64,000 bases of DNA from Schmidtea polychroa. Lineage: Eukaryota. Made by a program: the position numbers and the translations under genes. Below the pieces are notes generated by a model, which was not told the origin of the DNA, made no database searches, and saw nothing but the letters and a program-made list of their open reading frames with translations. Positions 27,905 through 41,228 of the stretch are shown here, in pieces. Location of the stretch: contig CM097885.1 in assembly GCA_044892525.1 (NCBI GenBank), positions 236,222,001 through 236,286,000 of the forward strand, given 5' to 3'. The stretch's first letter is position 1. Every line of letters starts with the position of its first letter.

Positions 27905-29300
27905 TTTTTTCAATACAAATAGATAGGCCCTATAGAAAATATGCCAAGATTTCTCTGACTATAGTTAGGGGGTCTCCTTGGTTCTGGGATTTTCAATACA
28001 AAATCCGATTATCACTAAAAAGGCATGTAATTTAAAGTCTCAGGATATTGTCAATACAAAAAGGTGGTCTTCAATATAAAGAGTGGTAATATAAGGTTTC
28101 AGGATATTTTCAATACAAAAATGCGCTTTTCAATAAAAAAGAGTGGTAATTCAAGGACTCATTATATTTTCAATACAAAAAGGCGGTCTACACTAAAAAA
28201 GCAAGGAATTTTCCAAGTAAATTAAGGTGGGTCTCCATGGTCCTGGGAATTTCAATACAAATTTCAATTATCGATAAAAAGCCATAGTAATTTAAGGTCT
28301 CAAGTCATTTTCAATACAAAAGCATATATATTTCTAATTAAAATAAGGTGGGTCACCTTGGTCCTGGGATTTTCAATACAAATATCAGTCTACATTAATA
28401 GAGCATGGTAAATTAAGGATAAATAGGTAAATTATGGGTCTAAAAATTGAATTAAAGTAAATTACGGGCTCAGATTTTCGAATTACAGTAAATTATGGTT
28501 TAAATTTTTGAATTAAAGTCAATGATCAAAAATCTTAAATTAAAGTAAATTATGGTCTAAGACAGGGGTGGGGAACCTGCGGCTTTTAGGCCGCATGCGG
28601 CTTCCGGAGCCTTATCAAAATAAATCTTAATTTATATAAAAACCATGAATTTTGAGGATTTACAAATAAAAATGCTTGTAACTACTGAATTGTATATATA
28701 CCGTACTGTACAAGCATCCCGCCGAGTACAAAGAACGAAATATAAACGAAATACTTTTTGACTGCGGCCTCATTTGAAGGCGACAAATTTCAATGTGGCC
28801 TATGGAAATAAAAAGGTTCCCCATCCCTGGTCTAAGATTTTAATTTAAGTAATCAATGAGCTCAAATAAGTAAATTAAGGTTCTAAAAAATTAGATTAAA
28901 GTAAACTATGGTCTAAAATTTTAAATTAAAGTAATTTCAAGTCCAAATTTCAAAATTAAAGTAAATTAAGGTTCAAATAAGTAAATTAAGGTACAAATTT
29001 TAAAATTAAAGTAAATTAATGGTATTTAAATTTTTAAATTAAAGTTAATTAAGGGCTCAGATTTTTGAATTAAAGTAATCAATGGGTTCAAATAAGTACT
29101 TTAGGCTCAAATTTTAAATTAAAGTAAATTATGGGTCTAAAAATTGAATTAAAGTAAATTATGGCTAAGTTAATTAAGATAATAGGTAAATTAAGAATAA
29201 ATAGGTAAATTAATTGCTAAATCAATGGTCTAAAATTTTAAGGTAAAAGTAATATTTTTAAAATAAGTAAATTAAAATAGTATTTTTTAAATAATTAAAT
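27905..29300. repeat. Degenerate tandem repeats (~60-bp TTCAATACAAA units, then ~30-bp AATTAAAGTAAATT units)
   Basis: TCAATACAAA recurs about 8 times between 27909 and 28382; AATTAAAGTAA recurs from 28450 onward. Confidence 0.8.
28563..28829. mobile_element. hAT MITE
   Basis: TIR CAGGGGTGGGGAACCT/AGGTTCCCCATCCCTG; 8-bp TSD GTCTAAGA. Confidence 0.92.
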
Positions 29301-29412
29301 TAAAGTAATGTAAAAAGTAAATTAAAGTAAGATTTTTAAATTTACTAACAAAAAGTTGGAATAACCAACAGCTTCTGAGAAATAAAATTTTTTAAGTTTA
29401 TTTTCAAAGACA
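29058..29412 (-). repeat. Inverted copy of 25401-25726
   Basis: AAGTTGGAATAACCAACAGCTTCTGAGAAAT is the reverse complement of ATTTCTCAGAAGCTGTTGGTTATTCCAACTT. Confidence 0.88.
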
Positions 29413-29965
29413 AATTTAAATGGAATAATTTTTTAAGTTAATTTTTAATGAAATTTTTATTGGAAATATTTTTAAGTTTAATTTTAATGGAAATTTTAAT
29501 GAAATAATTTTCAAAGTAAATTTTTGATTGAAATTTTCATGAGATATTTTTTAATCTTACTTTTAGATGCAAATCTTTGTGAATTAATCATCCACTACAT
29601 GAAATTATTGGTTAAATATGTTAATATAGGTTATATTTGGTTGTTTAGTAAATTATGGTGTAAAATTTTAAATTAAGTAATAGAAGGATAAATAGGTAAA
29701 TTAAGAATAATTAAGTAAATTATAGGTTCAAAATTTTCAATTAAAGTTAAATAAGTAAATTAAAGTAATAATTTTTAAATAAGTAAATTAAATTAATGTA
29801 ATAAGTAAATTAAAGATTTTTAAATTTATTAACAAAAACTTAGAATAACAGTTAGTGTTTGGTAAATAAAAATTTTATATGGAATAATTTTTTAAGTTAA
29901 TTTTTATGAAATATTTTTTTAAGATAATTTTAAATACAAATTTCAATGAAATATTTTTCAAAGAC

Positions 29966-30011
29966 ATTTAGAGGCATATTTCAATGATAATATTAATATT
30001 TGTAATGATAA

Positions 30012-30050
<39 letters not shown>

Positions 30051-31150
30051 TCAACAATCTGATACCAACTACCAGCTACTAAATATTTTTAACCAGGTGC
30101 TAACAAATAAATACCAAATACTTACAACTAGGCAACATGTACTAACAATCAACAACAAGCAACCAATTAGGTACCAGATACCAAGTACTAACTAACTCTC
30201 AAACAATTAGATACATACAACTAACTACTTATAATAAACTAAATATTTTATCAAATGATTTTTCAATTAATTTTTTTATTTGTTTTCAAAAATATTTTTA
30301 ATTACAATCAGTAGAAAAACCTTGTCTAAATTTAAATAAATAAACCAAAAATAAAGAATTGTCAACTCAATACCACGTGGAATTGAGGATAATTAAATTA
30401 CAATGAAAGACTAAAGAATTCTAATTTACAAAACATTCTTCTTTTAATTGATTACTACTGACTTATTATTGCAAAGTAAAAAATGCATTCAATAAATACT
30501 TATTGTTGATTCGTTTTATTATATATATACTTGTCTTTAAAAAAAAATTTAAAAAATTTTATTTCTCAGAAGCTGTTGGTTATTCCAACTTTTTGTTAGT
30601 AAATTTAAAAATCTTACTTTAATTTACTTTTTACATTACTTTAATTTAATTATTTAAAAATATTACTTTTACTTTAAAATTTTAGACCATTGATTTGCCA
30701 TTAATTTACCTATTTATTTTTAATTTACCTATTATCTTAATTAACTTAGCCATAATTTACTTTAATTCAATTTTTAGACCCACAATTTACTTTAATTTAA
30801 AATTTGAACCTAAATTACTTATTTGAACCAATTGATTACTTTAATTCAAAAATCTGATTATAATTATATTTAATAATTATATTCAATAATTATATTAAAT
30901 AATTATATTAAATAATTATATTCAATAATTATATTAAATAATTTTATTTAATAATTATATTCAATAATTATATTCAATAATTATATTCAATAATTATATT
31001 CAATAATTATATTCAATAATTATATTCAATAATTATATTCAATAATTATATTCAATAATTATATTCAATAATTATATTCAATAATTATATTCAATAATTA
31101 TATTAAATAATTATATTAAATAATTATATTCAATAATTATATTCAATTAT
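29966..31150 (+). repeat. Direct repeat copy 2
   Basis: Near-identical to 24680-26100 apart from micro/minisatellite length. Confidence 0.9.
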
Positions 31151-31207
31151 ATTCTTAATTATCATCTGATAAGAAAGATCTGTGATAAGAAAATACTTGT
31201 AGGTATT

Positions 31208-32376
31208 TTGCTTAAAGATCTGATCTCGGTAGCCAATCTACCAGTGCAACGAATATTGGGTATTCGTGACATTTCTACAAATAAACTATTGGAAACCAGA
31301 GGAGTCCCAAAGATTCATGGTCATTACAGATTGGGATTTCTGACAAAAACTTTCCTGTGTACGGTTCCCGGAGAACCAAGGAATTTAGTGGTCACCAATG
31401 AGGCACTGGCGATACGTGCGGTTTATTTACATATCAGAAACGAATGGTTAGACCATATCACGATACCCCAGGAGGAATTCATTTCCGCAACTACAGCAGC
31501 GATAGTTGAGCAGGAAATGACGTAAAAGAGGAGATTACCCGAGCAACCATCTACATCAGGGCAACCCAAGCCTAAGAGAAAATCACCTGTGGATCTACCA
31601 CCTCCTCCAGCTATATCTATTGGAGAAGAAGATGAATATGAAACATGCGTTAGCGAAACGGAGACAGCAAAATCACCCAAACAATCATCGGGAGCTGCCT
31701 ATCAGCCAAAGGATAAATCGGAAAATGTGGTAAAAAAAGAAATTCCAGAAGGAGGCAAGGTGAAAAAGATGTTAAAGAAAATATTACCCATAAAAAGAGA
31801 CAAATCGAAGCTAAAGTTGAAGAAAGTTGTTAAACCGTCGGAAGGAACGACAAAAAAGATAGGACTAATAAACCCAAAAAGATATTCAGCGAACCAGATG
31901 ACGACATTATGGAAGTTGCTTTTCAACCTCCGGTTAAGGAGATGCAGGAAGCAATAAAGGTTAAATCTGAACCTGTGGTTAGGCAGAAAATGTTAAAGAT
32001 TGCCAAGGAGAATATCATCAAGAAACCAGTTTCGGTTGATGTGGATGGTTTCGAACCAATGTGGTACAAACGTCCGGATAGCAAATGGAAACCTAGAGCC
32101 AAAGAGTATGACTTCCAACCAGTCACGAGAATGGCAGTCAATAATAATCAAAAATGTGATGTTTATGACGTAGACGGAATCCCTTACGTAGTGTCTACAG
32201 TTATATTAGCGAGTGCTCTGGATGGTAAGCCTCTGGCAGTGAGTTTTGAGCCAGAAGTCTTACAGAAGAGGAAAGAGAAGTTGCTGCAGCAATACGTGAT
32301 TGCAAATAGCTACAGCACGAAGGAGTTGCACCTGTATAAAGTCCCAGACCCAGATCCCGATGATCTGGATATCTAA
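31208..32376 (+). pseudogene. Unknown Lys/Pro/Glu-rich protein, one stop plus one frameshift; probably an accessory ORF at the 3' end of an LTR element
   Basis: ORFs 31208-31525 and 31589-31957 share a frame across one TAA; 31909-32376 continues after a shift; GC higher than flanks; followed by a purine tract and TG. Confidence 0.55.
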
Positions 32377-32622
32377 TCAGAAAACGTTGCCACCCAACAT
32401 GTGTCGCCAAATTCATCATGTGTATAAAATGACTTGACTATTATTTGTTTTGTGACTATTCAGTGATTTTGACATTTATTATTTATGATCTGAAACATTC
32501 ATTTTGTGTTTTATCTTATTTGATTAATTTTTATGTTTTTATTGTAATGCTGTTTATCAAAAGCCTTTCTTTAGTGTTATTTGTCTTGTTTTCGAGACGA
32601 AAATATTTTAGGGGGTAAGACT

Positions 32623-33235
32623 TGATAGGGATAGGCCTGGAGCCTTGATGATAAAATAAATAAAAATTACTAAAATTAGAAATAGTATAAATAAAAATAA
32701 GAAATAATTACTGAAAATAAAAGATAGGTTTAATTAATTACTATTATTAGAAATAAGTAGTATATAGTAATATTTGATTATATTGTTACTATATATAGTA
32801 ATTATAAAATTGCTATTAATATAATAAATAATTAAAATATAATATAAATACTGGTTCAAGACGATAAATTGGGGACGATAAAATTGAAGAGGCAAAATTG
32901 AAAGACAAATTATTTGGAGAATAATTTAGTGAGTCAATGAAAAGTAAATTAAGTGAACACAAAGTACTGATCTCTTACTTTAGTGTTCCCTGGGAGCCCC
33001 AAAATCATTCCCTCTTGCTTGCCCAACTCTTTTAGTTACATTGCGATCGTTGTGCTACACAGGAGCCATCGATCTCTTGCAGGCTGTGGTAAACAGTAGG
33101 GATTAATAAATCCGTTTTCTTATATTCTTTGTACAATAATTGTAAATCATTTTGTAAATTATTAAATACATTTTTATAAAAAGAGAAAAGAGTTTGTTCT
33201 TAATTCAGTGATCTAAACTTATACACGCAACCACA
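32623..33235 (+). mobile_element. Putative 3' LTR
   Basis: Preceded by AGGGGGTAAGA; starts TGATAG, A-rich, TATAAATA (~32844), AATAAA (~33105), candidate end ACCACA. Confidence 0.5.
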
Positions 33236-33904
33236 TTAAATATAACATATTTATATTTATTTATATTTATCTTTTTATTTATTCAATTATTGGAGTCATT
33301 GTGTTGAGATCTGTAGTCCCCGTTTTTCGATCTTAACACACATATATCGGCATTCGGAATATTTCTTAAATTGTTTTAAGTTTATATATTTATTAATTAT
33401 AGTTTTTTATATTGTTGTTGGAATCATGGGGAGGGGGTAACCACCCCCCTGCGTACGCGCATGTATCAACCACTTTTAAATGTTTATTAAAAGAAAACTA
33501 AATGCTAATAGCAATTTAATGACAAAATAACTAAAGAACTTTTATTTTTACTATACCTAGCCTACGGTGATAAATTTCTATTTTCTACTTTAAATAAAAT
33601 TCGCGGAAAATAGAAATAATAAAATTCGCGAAAAATAGAAATGACTCCTAATACTATTGGGTTCAGGTGCAGGAAAACAATTACCTTCCATATACGCAAT
33701 TTTAAATTTTCTTGTTACAAATAAATACAAGCTACAAAAAAACGATTAATCGAATTAGCTAGAAATTGTTCGATTAATCAAACCATATATAAATTTATCG
33801 ATTAACCGATTAACCGATTAATCGATCCATGCCCTAATTGAAATTCGCGATTTGTTATTTGATTGATTCTTTTATCGATCGGTGTTTTTGAAAACCATTC
33901 ACTA

Positions 33905-34120
33905 TAAAGTTCTTTTCTAAACACCATTTAAGCTGGAGTTTTTTAATAGGTTTTTGGAACGTTAAATTCATCATAAATTGCACGTTAGGAAGAACTTCAA
34001 CCTATGATTTATACATTTTGTCCTGAAGTGTTATCTGTATTGCATCTCTAATAGTTCGAAACTGTCTCTCAATCTGTCCATTCGCTGAATGACGGTATGG
34101 GTTTGAATATTTAATTTTAT
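33905..34120 (-). pseudogene. Gypsy integrase fragment
   Basis: KIKYSNPYRHSANGQIERQFRTIRDAI...EVLPNVQFMMN, homologous to 15310-15470. Confidence 0.8.
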
Positions 34121-34447
34121 TTGACTTATTCGGATTTTTAAGATTTACTTTGGCTCTTATGATAGGTTTACGACTTGGTTCAAGGTATCGTACTAAGAAT
34201 TAGTAGCTTGAATGTCAATGGGGTGTGAACAATATGAGGCATTAAATTGGAATTTCATATCACGATTCTGTGATTCTAATATCAAAAGACATAATTAAAG
34301 TAAGCTAATTTAAGAAAATTTCCAATAGTTATACTACTGATGATAAAGTTGCTTTAAGGCAATTAATGTTTCTATTCTAATTTATCTCTCGTTGCCACAG
34401 AGATCCGCGTAATAAAGTTCTTCTGAACAATCATTTTAATATTCTCT

Positions 34448-34662
34448 TGTGGGTTACAGGTAATCAACATTTTACCTGGTTGTGCGGTTTCCAGCGTAAC
34501 CCAGAATACAATGGTTATTCGTACCACTCTACACTCGTTGAGTGATCAACGTTGATAATGTGTCAAAAGGGTAAGTGCCAGCAAAATGTGAGCACGAGTC
34601 CCGCACTATAATTGGCAAGCACTTCTTTGGGTTCACGGACTACCGTTAGAAGATTGGGCTCC
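34448..34662 (-). ncRNA. Conserved structured RNA motif, copy F
   Basis: CTTCTAACGGTAGTCC; TTATA-GTGCGG/TCGTGC-TCAC; ATCAA-CGTTGA tcac TCAACG; GGGTTAC...TAACCC. Confidence 0.7.
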
Positions 34663-34864
34663 CCTTCTTTAGCATCGTATTTCTCCAATCACTTTATTAC
34701 TCGCTTTACTCATCACATCCAGTAGACACGTTTATCTATGGGTTGGGCTAGCTTTTCCCCACCAATTTCATGTTAGAGTGACATAAATATTCAGAATGAT
34801 ACTAACTATTTAATATGTTATAGCGTCACAATCAATTAATATGTCATGACGACAAAATCAATTC

Positions 34865-35344
34865 TCATTCATATATTCCACACACACGCATGGTTAGATC
34901 AGGGTAATCAGGGTAATTGTTGGGCGCGCCAGCGGCGGTTGGTAAGTTTGGCTGAACTTCCTCGAGCCGAGGTGGGACGGTTCCCGGCATTTCGACTCGG
35001 TCGTTTTCTTTTGTTCCGACCTGCTGACAGAGCGGGCGAGTGGATTCCACCGCCACAGAATGGATCCGTTCGGTCGCATCGCAGTCCAGGTTCCGTTGGC
35101 GCAGGTCCGTTTCCAATTTTTGGGACGCGCATTTTGAGGGCCCGGATCTCGATTTGATCTTGCGTGGCCTGTAATTGCAACTGCTGGATGAGCTGCATCC
35201 ACTTCTGCATCTTACTGGGGCTAAACCAAATGCCTTCTACCTCCTGGCACCTACCCTTAAACTTGGTAATCCTTCGCTGCAGACTCTCTACTTGTTGTTC
35301 AGCTCTTTCCGGTCGGCTCGCATTTTGGAGAGGAGTTCGATCAT
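34865..35344 (-). pseudogene. Coiled-coil EGxWFSP family protein, frameshifted
   Basis: RITKFKGRCQEVEGIWFSPSKMQKWMQLIQQLQLQATQDQIEIRALKMRV aligns with 49071-49541. Confidence 0.75.
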
Positions 35345-36415
35345 CTACAATTGAAAAAATTTAAACATCACTAGGCAGCGTCACGTCTTCGCTGTTAAAT
35401 ATAAAATTAGATCGCGGGATTTACGTAACTCAACCTCCCGATTATCAATCGAGTTGAATCGGTCCCCAAAATTTATGGATGCTTCTCTTGTCAATGCGTA
35501 CCCCCTGACCGTCTGGGACCTTATATAAATACATACACTCGTATAACTATACATGTATATACCAGCCTGCACGTAGACCTATATAACCATTCCCATGATG
35601 GTTCTTATGACGCTTAAGCATGTGATATAATAACAACTACGTCAATACGCGAGTTGAGCATGATAGTTACAAGTAAATAACAATGAAACAAATAATATAA
35701 TAATAACTACATCAATGCAAGAGTTAAGCATGATAGTACAAGTAAGTGTATATATTCTTCTTCCCTACCTGAGGCTACTGCCGATTATCTGAATTTTGAG
35801 GCTCCTTATATACTCCCATAATCGTTGTAAGTGCCCCGTTTTTGACCTAATTGGTTTTGACTTCCTTAGTTATGTTTCTCTAATTAGTTATTTCTGCTGA
35901 CCTTTTTAGCAATTCCCTTTCTTTTGTTTACCCTCATTTATCCGACTGTTTGGATAATTGCTCTCTAAATTTCCAGTTTATTATCCCAAATTGCGGAGCT
36001 TGAGTTTTCTTCATCGCTCGGGTTTTCCATTGCTCGGACTTCCCATTAGCTCAGGTTTCCCATTAGCCAATTAATTAATTAATTAATATTTTGTGTTTTT
36101 TTTATATTTGCCTGTTTTAAGACCCTTTCTAAACATATCTAACAATTTCTTGCTCACTGTCTTCTTCACTACTCTACCCCTCTCCCGTTTTCAGGTTCAA
36201 TTTCGATAACATTTCACTTTATTCCACTTCCTCAGGTTTGCGCATTTTCCCATTTCTTGTCTGATTGTACCCTTTTATAGTTGTGTTTTCATCATATTTT
36301 TCCCTGCCATTACTTCTCTGCTTGATCGCCATTCTTTTTCTTTCAATTTTGTTTGTCTTTTTATTCGAAACTATTTAATTTGATATAATATAATAATTTA
36401 CTTTTACAACCTCAA

Positions 36416-36416
<1 letters not shown>

Positions 36417-36510
<94 letters not shown>

Positions 36511-36550
36511 GTAGTAGTATTATTGTTGTTGTTGTTGTTGTTGTTTTTGT
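36417..36550. repeat. (TTA)n/(TTG)n microsatellite
   Basis: Direct reading. Confidence 0.95.
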
Positions 36551-37463
36551 TGCCGTGATTGTTAGCATTAACATTGTCATCATAAATGTCATCATCATGA
36601 TTATAAAAGTTTTACCTATTACCAGGCCAGGCGATCAAAGGGTCTGGGAATGCAAATGCCCAGGGGTCAGGGTTCGATTTGTTATGTATTTAAATATAAT
36701 ATTATTGAGACTTAAGTTGACTTAACTACAATCAGTTTAAAGTTTAAGCATGTGAATTCCATCAGAATAAATTGAACAAACATCAACAAGTAGTTAGATC
36801 AACATCAGAATCAATATTCAAAAATAAACTAAATAAAGTTTTGATAAAATAAAGTTATATTTGTTGGATGACGAGGGCAAGCCCATCACCACATTCACCT
36901 CGATAAATATTACAGACTCAATGTGTGTACCGAGGAAAGGCAATAGATTGAGGTTTTATCAATATTAACCAAAAGTCAATTCAATTCAATCCAAAAGCAA
37001 TCCCCACTTGTAGTCCTTTCGTTGGTCAGAATGGTTAAATAATCATTTGGTATTTGGGAACACCTAGTCATAGAATAGTAAGTAACCCTAGAAACAAGAC
37101 TCAAGATAACTCTACCGACCAACAATTTTTAGTGTAGTTTATGCTTCAGACGTCCATCATTTAATTGATCATAGATATTTTAAGTGACATAAAGTTATTG
37201 ATTTATTGATTGACATTAAAGAAAAAAATATTAAGAAAAATATTTAATAAAGAGAAATTTACTCGGGTAGGGTAACAATTTATTTTTAAGGTTTAAATCG
37301 AAAAAAAATTTTATTTTTTGTTTTAGTCATAATATGTTTAGTCATTTTAAAATTTATTTTTCAAAAATTAAAATTAAATTATTAAGATATTTGAAACTTT
37401 ATTTTGTTACATCATAGGCAATTAATATTTATATTAAATTATGTAAATTGTAAAATAGGTTTA

Positions 37464-38133
37464 ATGGAAAACAGTAATGAATCAAATATTGCCAGTCTGA
37501 ATGAATCCATAGAAAAACCTCATTTAGTTCTAAAAATATGCAATGTTTGTGCTATCGCTAACTTAAGATGTCATTTAAATTTATCCCACATTGCTCAAAA
37601 TGGTATTGATGTTGAATATGACGGATTTTTAAATGTTAATAAATATTAATTATAATCAGATTTATTGTTATTTAGGTTTTGAAAACGAAGCTTAGAAATC
37701 CAAAAGTTGGATTAGCTCAATTTTGGAGTAATGGGAAAATGTCTGTATTTGGATGTGATACGTAATTTTTTTAACTTTATTAAATATTACTTTAATTAGA
37801 ATTGAGAATGCAAAGAAAGGTTGCAGGATTCTTGCAAGGCGAATTAAAAAATTAGGTTACGATGCTAAATTCGAAAATTTTCAAATAGTAAATATTTTGA
37901 CAAGGCTTCAATTACCTTTTAGAATTCGTATTCATGAAATGGTTAATTGTGATCCACTGAAATTCATGTAATAATGTTTTTACTTGTATTTTGCTAAAAA
38001 CCTTTCATTAGGTATGAACCTGAATTAGATCCCAATCTATATTTTTATCCGAATCCGAAAAACCGGGGTAGAAAATTCAATGAATACAAAACTATGGCTA
38101 AATTGACAAGTAATGGCAAAGTAACAATACATT
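37464..38133 (+). CDS. TBP-like factor (TRF2/TLF/TBPL1 type); exons 37464-37634, 37676-37761, 37800-37967, 38012-38133; last exon unresolved
   Basis: Spliced product LKICNVCAIANLRCHLNL...LRNPKVGLAQFWSNGKMSVFGC...ARRIKKLGYDAKFENFQIVNIL...LPFRI...YEPELDP...SNGKVTI; GT-AG introns of 41, 38 and 44 nt keep the frame. Confidence 0.85.
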
Positions 38134-38649
38134 GTAAGATATATTTTAATTTTTAAATAAATCTAATTAAAATTTTATTTATAAATCCTATTGTTGTTTC
38201 TTTTAAAAATTCGTATTTTTCAGTTCAATATTTCTTAAAGCTGTAACTTAAAAGTATGAATTTGGACTTAATACAATTTGAGGGCATATAAATTATATTA
38301 ACTATCTAGGCTATAAAATAAGGAATTTAAGACTAACAGCATCAGATTATTAATATAATATAAAACATCCGAGCCTACTGGAAATCTGTGACTATATTTT
38401 CATAAATTCTTATAGACTACTCACAAGTAGGAGTACTAGCAGTACAAAATAATTAATTAATTGTTTATCCAATCATTAATCGATCTATTACGTCAAATAA
38501 TCGGTAAAACGCTAGGATACACACAAGTAAAAGTTATCTCGCACATAAAAATAAACATCTCTCATAAAAGGGGGTCCACTGTCACACGCAAACGGTTTAC
38601 ACCAAATGCATTAGAATGACTTGTTGCCATTAGGAAGGTAACTTCATGC

Positions 38650-39060
38650 CACTCACAAAAATGACTTTATCGCCAGTCACTAACCTCTTCAGAAATGGCT
38701 CGATTTTGTTCCGTTGGGCCAAGGATTCACCAATGGTTGATCAAGTTTTCTTCCGTCTACCCAAACATCAAGCTTCTTTTTGAATCCAACTTTATGCAAA
38801 TGATTTAAAACTGTTTTGTGGTCGATCTTTAGTTCCTGGCAGAATCTACGGCAGCTTTTATGCCCATCTTTTATCAATGCTTTCCAAAATTTTATCGACA
38901 TATTCGACGACAGGCCTTCCAGTGCGTGGTGCATCTAATTTACCGGAACGAAATCGACTAAACCAAAATTGCGTTTGATTGGGGCTGTTACAGTATTGGA
39001 ACCATAAACACCTTTGCAATTTCAGCAATTACATACTGAACTCTTTATTTGTTCACATCT
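38650..39060 (-). mobile_element. Mariner transposase fragment
   Basis: QELKIDHKTVLNHLHKVGFKKKLDVWV and FLKRLVTGDK motifs. Confidence 0.8.
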
Positions 39061-39315
39061 AAGCGCAAACTTTTCCGATCGCGACCCCATCGGTACTTTT
39101 TGGAAGTATACTAAAATCTGGTGAAAATTTTCGCAATGTTAAAAATTAAAAATATGTTGAAAGATAACGGCTTTCAATTGGCTAGATTTGTCGTAATATC
39201 AATTTATTACAGTGATCATTAGCACTAATGCTTTGACTCGTTGTAAAATATCATAATATATTAGATCGCCGAATTAAATACATTAAAATTAAAAAATCGA
39301 CAAAATACATTAGAG

Positions 39316-39982
39316 CAGGGGTCTCAAACTCAAACTGGCCTGCGGGCCGCATTAGACTAGTATCATGAGCCGGCGGGCCGCAACATAAATAATTGTTTTT
39401 CAGAACATGTGGAGTCTGAAACACCGACGTTAATATTTATTTAATTAAAAACTCAACAAAACTAAAAGCATTTTTTTATTATTAATAATAATAATAATAA
39501 AATTTGAAGAAAATGTGGTAACATTTGAATGCATCAACTTGGTCACACATGTTTATAATGATTTGATCCTTTCCTTGCAGTTTCAAATTTAAATCGGATA
39601 AGTGTTTCGTTATATCAACCATAAAAGATAAATCTTGCCACCACACTGTATCAGAAAACAAGGCGATGTCTTGTTTTTTTGATGTTAAAAACTGACATAT
39701 TTCGTCTTTCAAATCCCAAAATTGTTTGAGAACCTTGGAGCAGGATAACCAACGTACCTCGGTATAGTACGACAAACCAGAATTTATTTTCGCACCCTAA
39801 CTAGATTTTTGGGGTTCGTTTCCTTAATTTTTTGTTTAATGGCCGATAAAAACTAAATGTAACAGTTATAAGAAGTGATTACATAGAAAATTTTATTTTT
39901 AAGTTTTGTTTTGTTTTTTTGTACTGATATATCAAGTGGGCCGCAAAGTTATACGTTGTGGGCCGCAAGTTTGACATATCTG
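39316..39982 (-). mobile_element. SPIN/Buster-type hAT deletion derivative
   Basis: CAGGGGTCTCAAAC...GTTTGACATATCTG; TSD CATTAGAG/CATTAGAT; YYTEVRWLSCSKVLKQFWDL...DITKHLSDLNLKLQGK. Confidence 0.88.
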
Positions 39983-40814
39983 CATTAGATAAATAATCTT
40001 TCATATAAATTCAGAAATTAGATGAGGAACGATATCCTAGTTGGTCCCACGCATATTTTTTTACATATTGATATTCATATATTAAAAATAGTGAATTTTG
40101 CTATAAACTGACCTTTCATCGCTGAATATTTTTACAAGAATAAATGAGACATTACAATATTTATATTACGAAAAATTTGAATAACTTTTACTTCTGATTT
40201 AAAGAAAGGATCACATACTTGACGTACTATAGATCATTAAGCATTATTTTAATCAATTAAACATGTAATGCGGGTTATACACCGCACTAATCCAATGATA
40301 TATAGTGAATATTGGACATGGAAACAAATGGAACCATTTAATTAATCAAGTATTTAACCTTTTACTTGAATGGGTGTACTATTATTTGTAGTCTAGTTTT
40401 CGTCGAAAATAAATAACAGTTCCAAAATACCGGAAATTGTGCCATGCTAGCAGTGAAGATTATGATGATTTATATAGCCAATTTTGTTAAACTAAATTTG
40501 TATAAAATTCGACGTCTCATTTATTGAAAATATTCCAGTTTGTTAATGCTGTTATATGATCAAAGTTTATACTTTCTTCTATTATAAAATTGGGTATTGT
40601 CATTAAAGTTCGTCTGCCAACCTTGAAATTCTGAAAACAGTCTTACAACAATAATTAATGTAATGTATAATTCTTTCATACATTAATGGAAATCAATTAA
40701 ATTTCAAACGTGAGATCTTTATGACTAATAAATTTATCAAGTATACATTTCAACTTTATTTTCATAGAGTGAAATACACAAGTAATTAAAATATCCTTAT
40801 CTTTATATTCAGCT

Positions 40815-41228
40815 ATGTCTATGGATGAAGCAGCTAATATAGCCGATGAAGTATTCAGACTCTCATTCAATTATATCATTGAAGAAATACATGAAGTTTC
40901 CTCCTTGTCTAACGTATCACCTAATCAATCAAATGCAGATCAAAACTCAAATTTAAAACCACGGAAACGTGTTTTTGTCAAAACTTATGTTGAAGAAACA
41001 GAATCAACAATTGATTTAATAGATAATAATTTAAACTCAGTTGACATGTTTGAAGAAAATGGGTCAGGATTGAGAACTGATAATACTAATCTGGATAAAG
41101 AAAGTATGCAAGACTTAAATTCTATTTCTCCTAATATAATTTATACGAGTAAAAACTTGAATGGAAACAATAATTGTGAATTATCATTGTTTGAAACTCA
41201 GCAAGTGCTTGATGATCTTTTAAATTAA
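40815..41228 (+). CDS. Hypothetical acidic/Asn-Ser-rich protein or exon
   Basis: 137-aa ATG-initiated ORF in very AT-rich DNA; no recognised domain. Confidence 0.35.
   Translation: MSMDEAANIADEVFRLSFNYIIEEIHEVSSLSNVSPNQSNADQNSNLKPRKRVFVKTYVEETESTIDLIDNNLNSVDMFEENGSGLRTDNTNLDKESMQDLNSISPNIIYTSKNLNGNNNCELSLFETQQVLDDLLN

Larger units (their letters stand above)
34448..36417 (-). mobile_element. Gene-carrying LTR-like element (~2 kb)
   Basis: TGTTGAGG start, A-rich tract, CCAAT 35850-35854, TATATAA 35812-35806, donor GT 35768, acceptor AG 35345, WFSP-family ORF, structured motif, ends GTAACCCACA; TSD not matched. Confidence 0.6.

Noticed and set aside
27905..28400. Regularly spaced TTCAATACAAA motifs resembling a CRISPR array
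   Set aside because: Intervening sequences are related to each other (degenerate tandem repeat), eukaryotic context, no cas genes
34448..34500. ACCAGG...ATTACCTG and AGTC resemblance of the main motif to the hairpin ribozyme
   Set aside because: Lacks AGAA loop A and AGAAACA/GUAUAUUAC loop B; here it is a simple stem-loop
36862..37124. TGTTGG...CCAACA 263-bp mini solo LTR
   Set aside because: Flanks TATT and ATTT do not form a 4-bp TSD and no second copy is present
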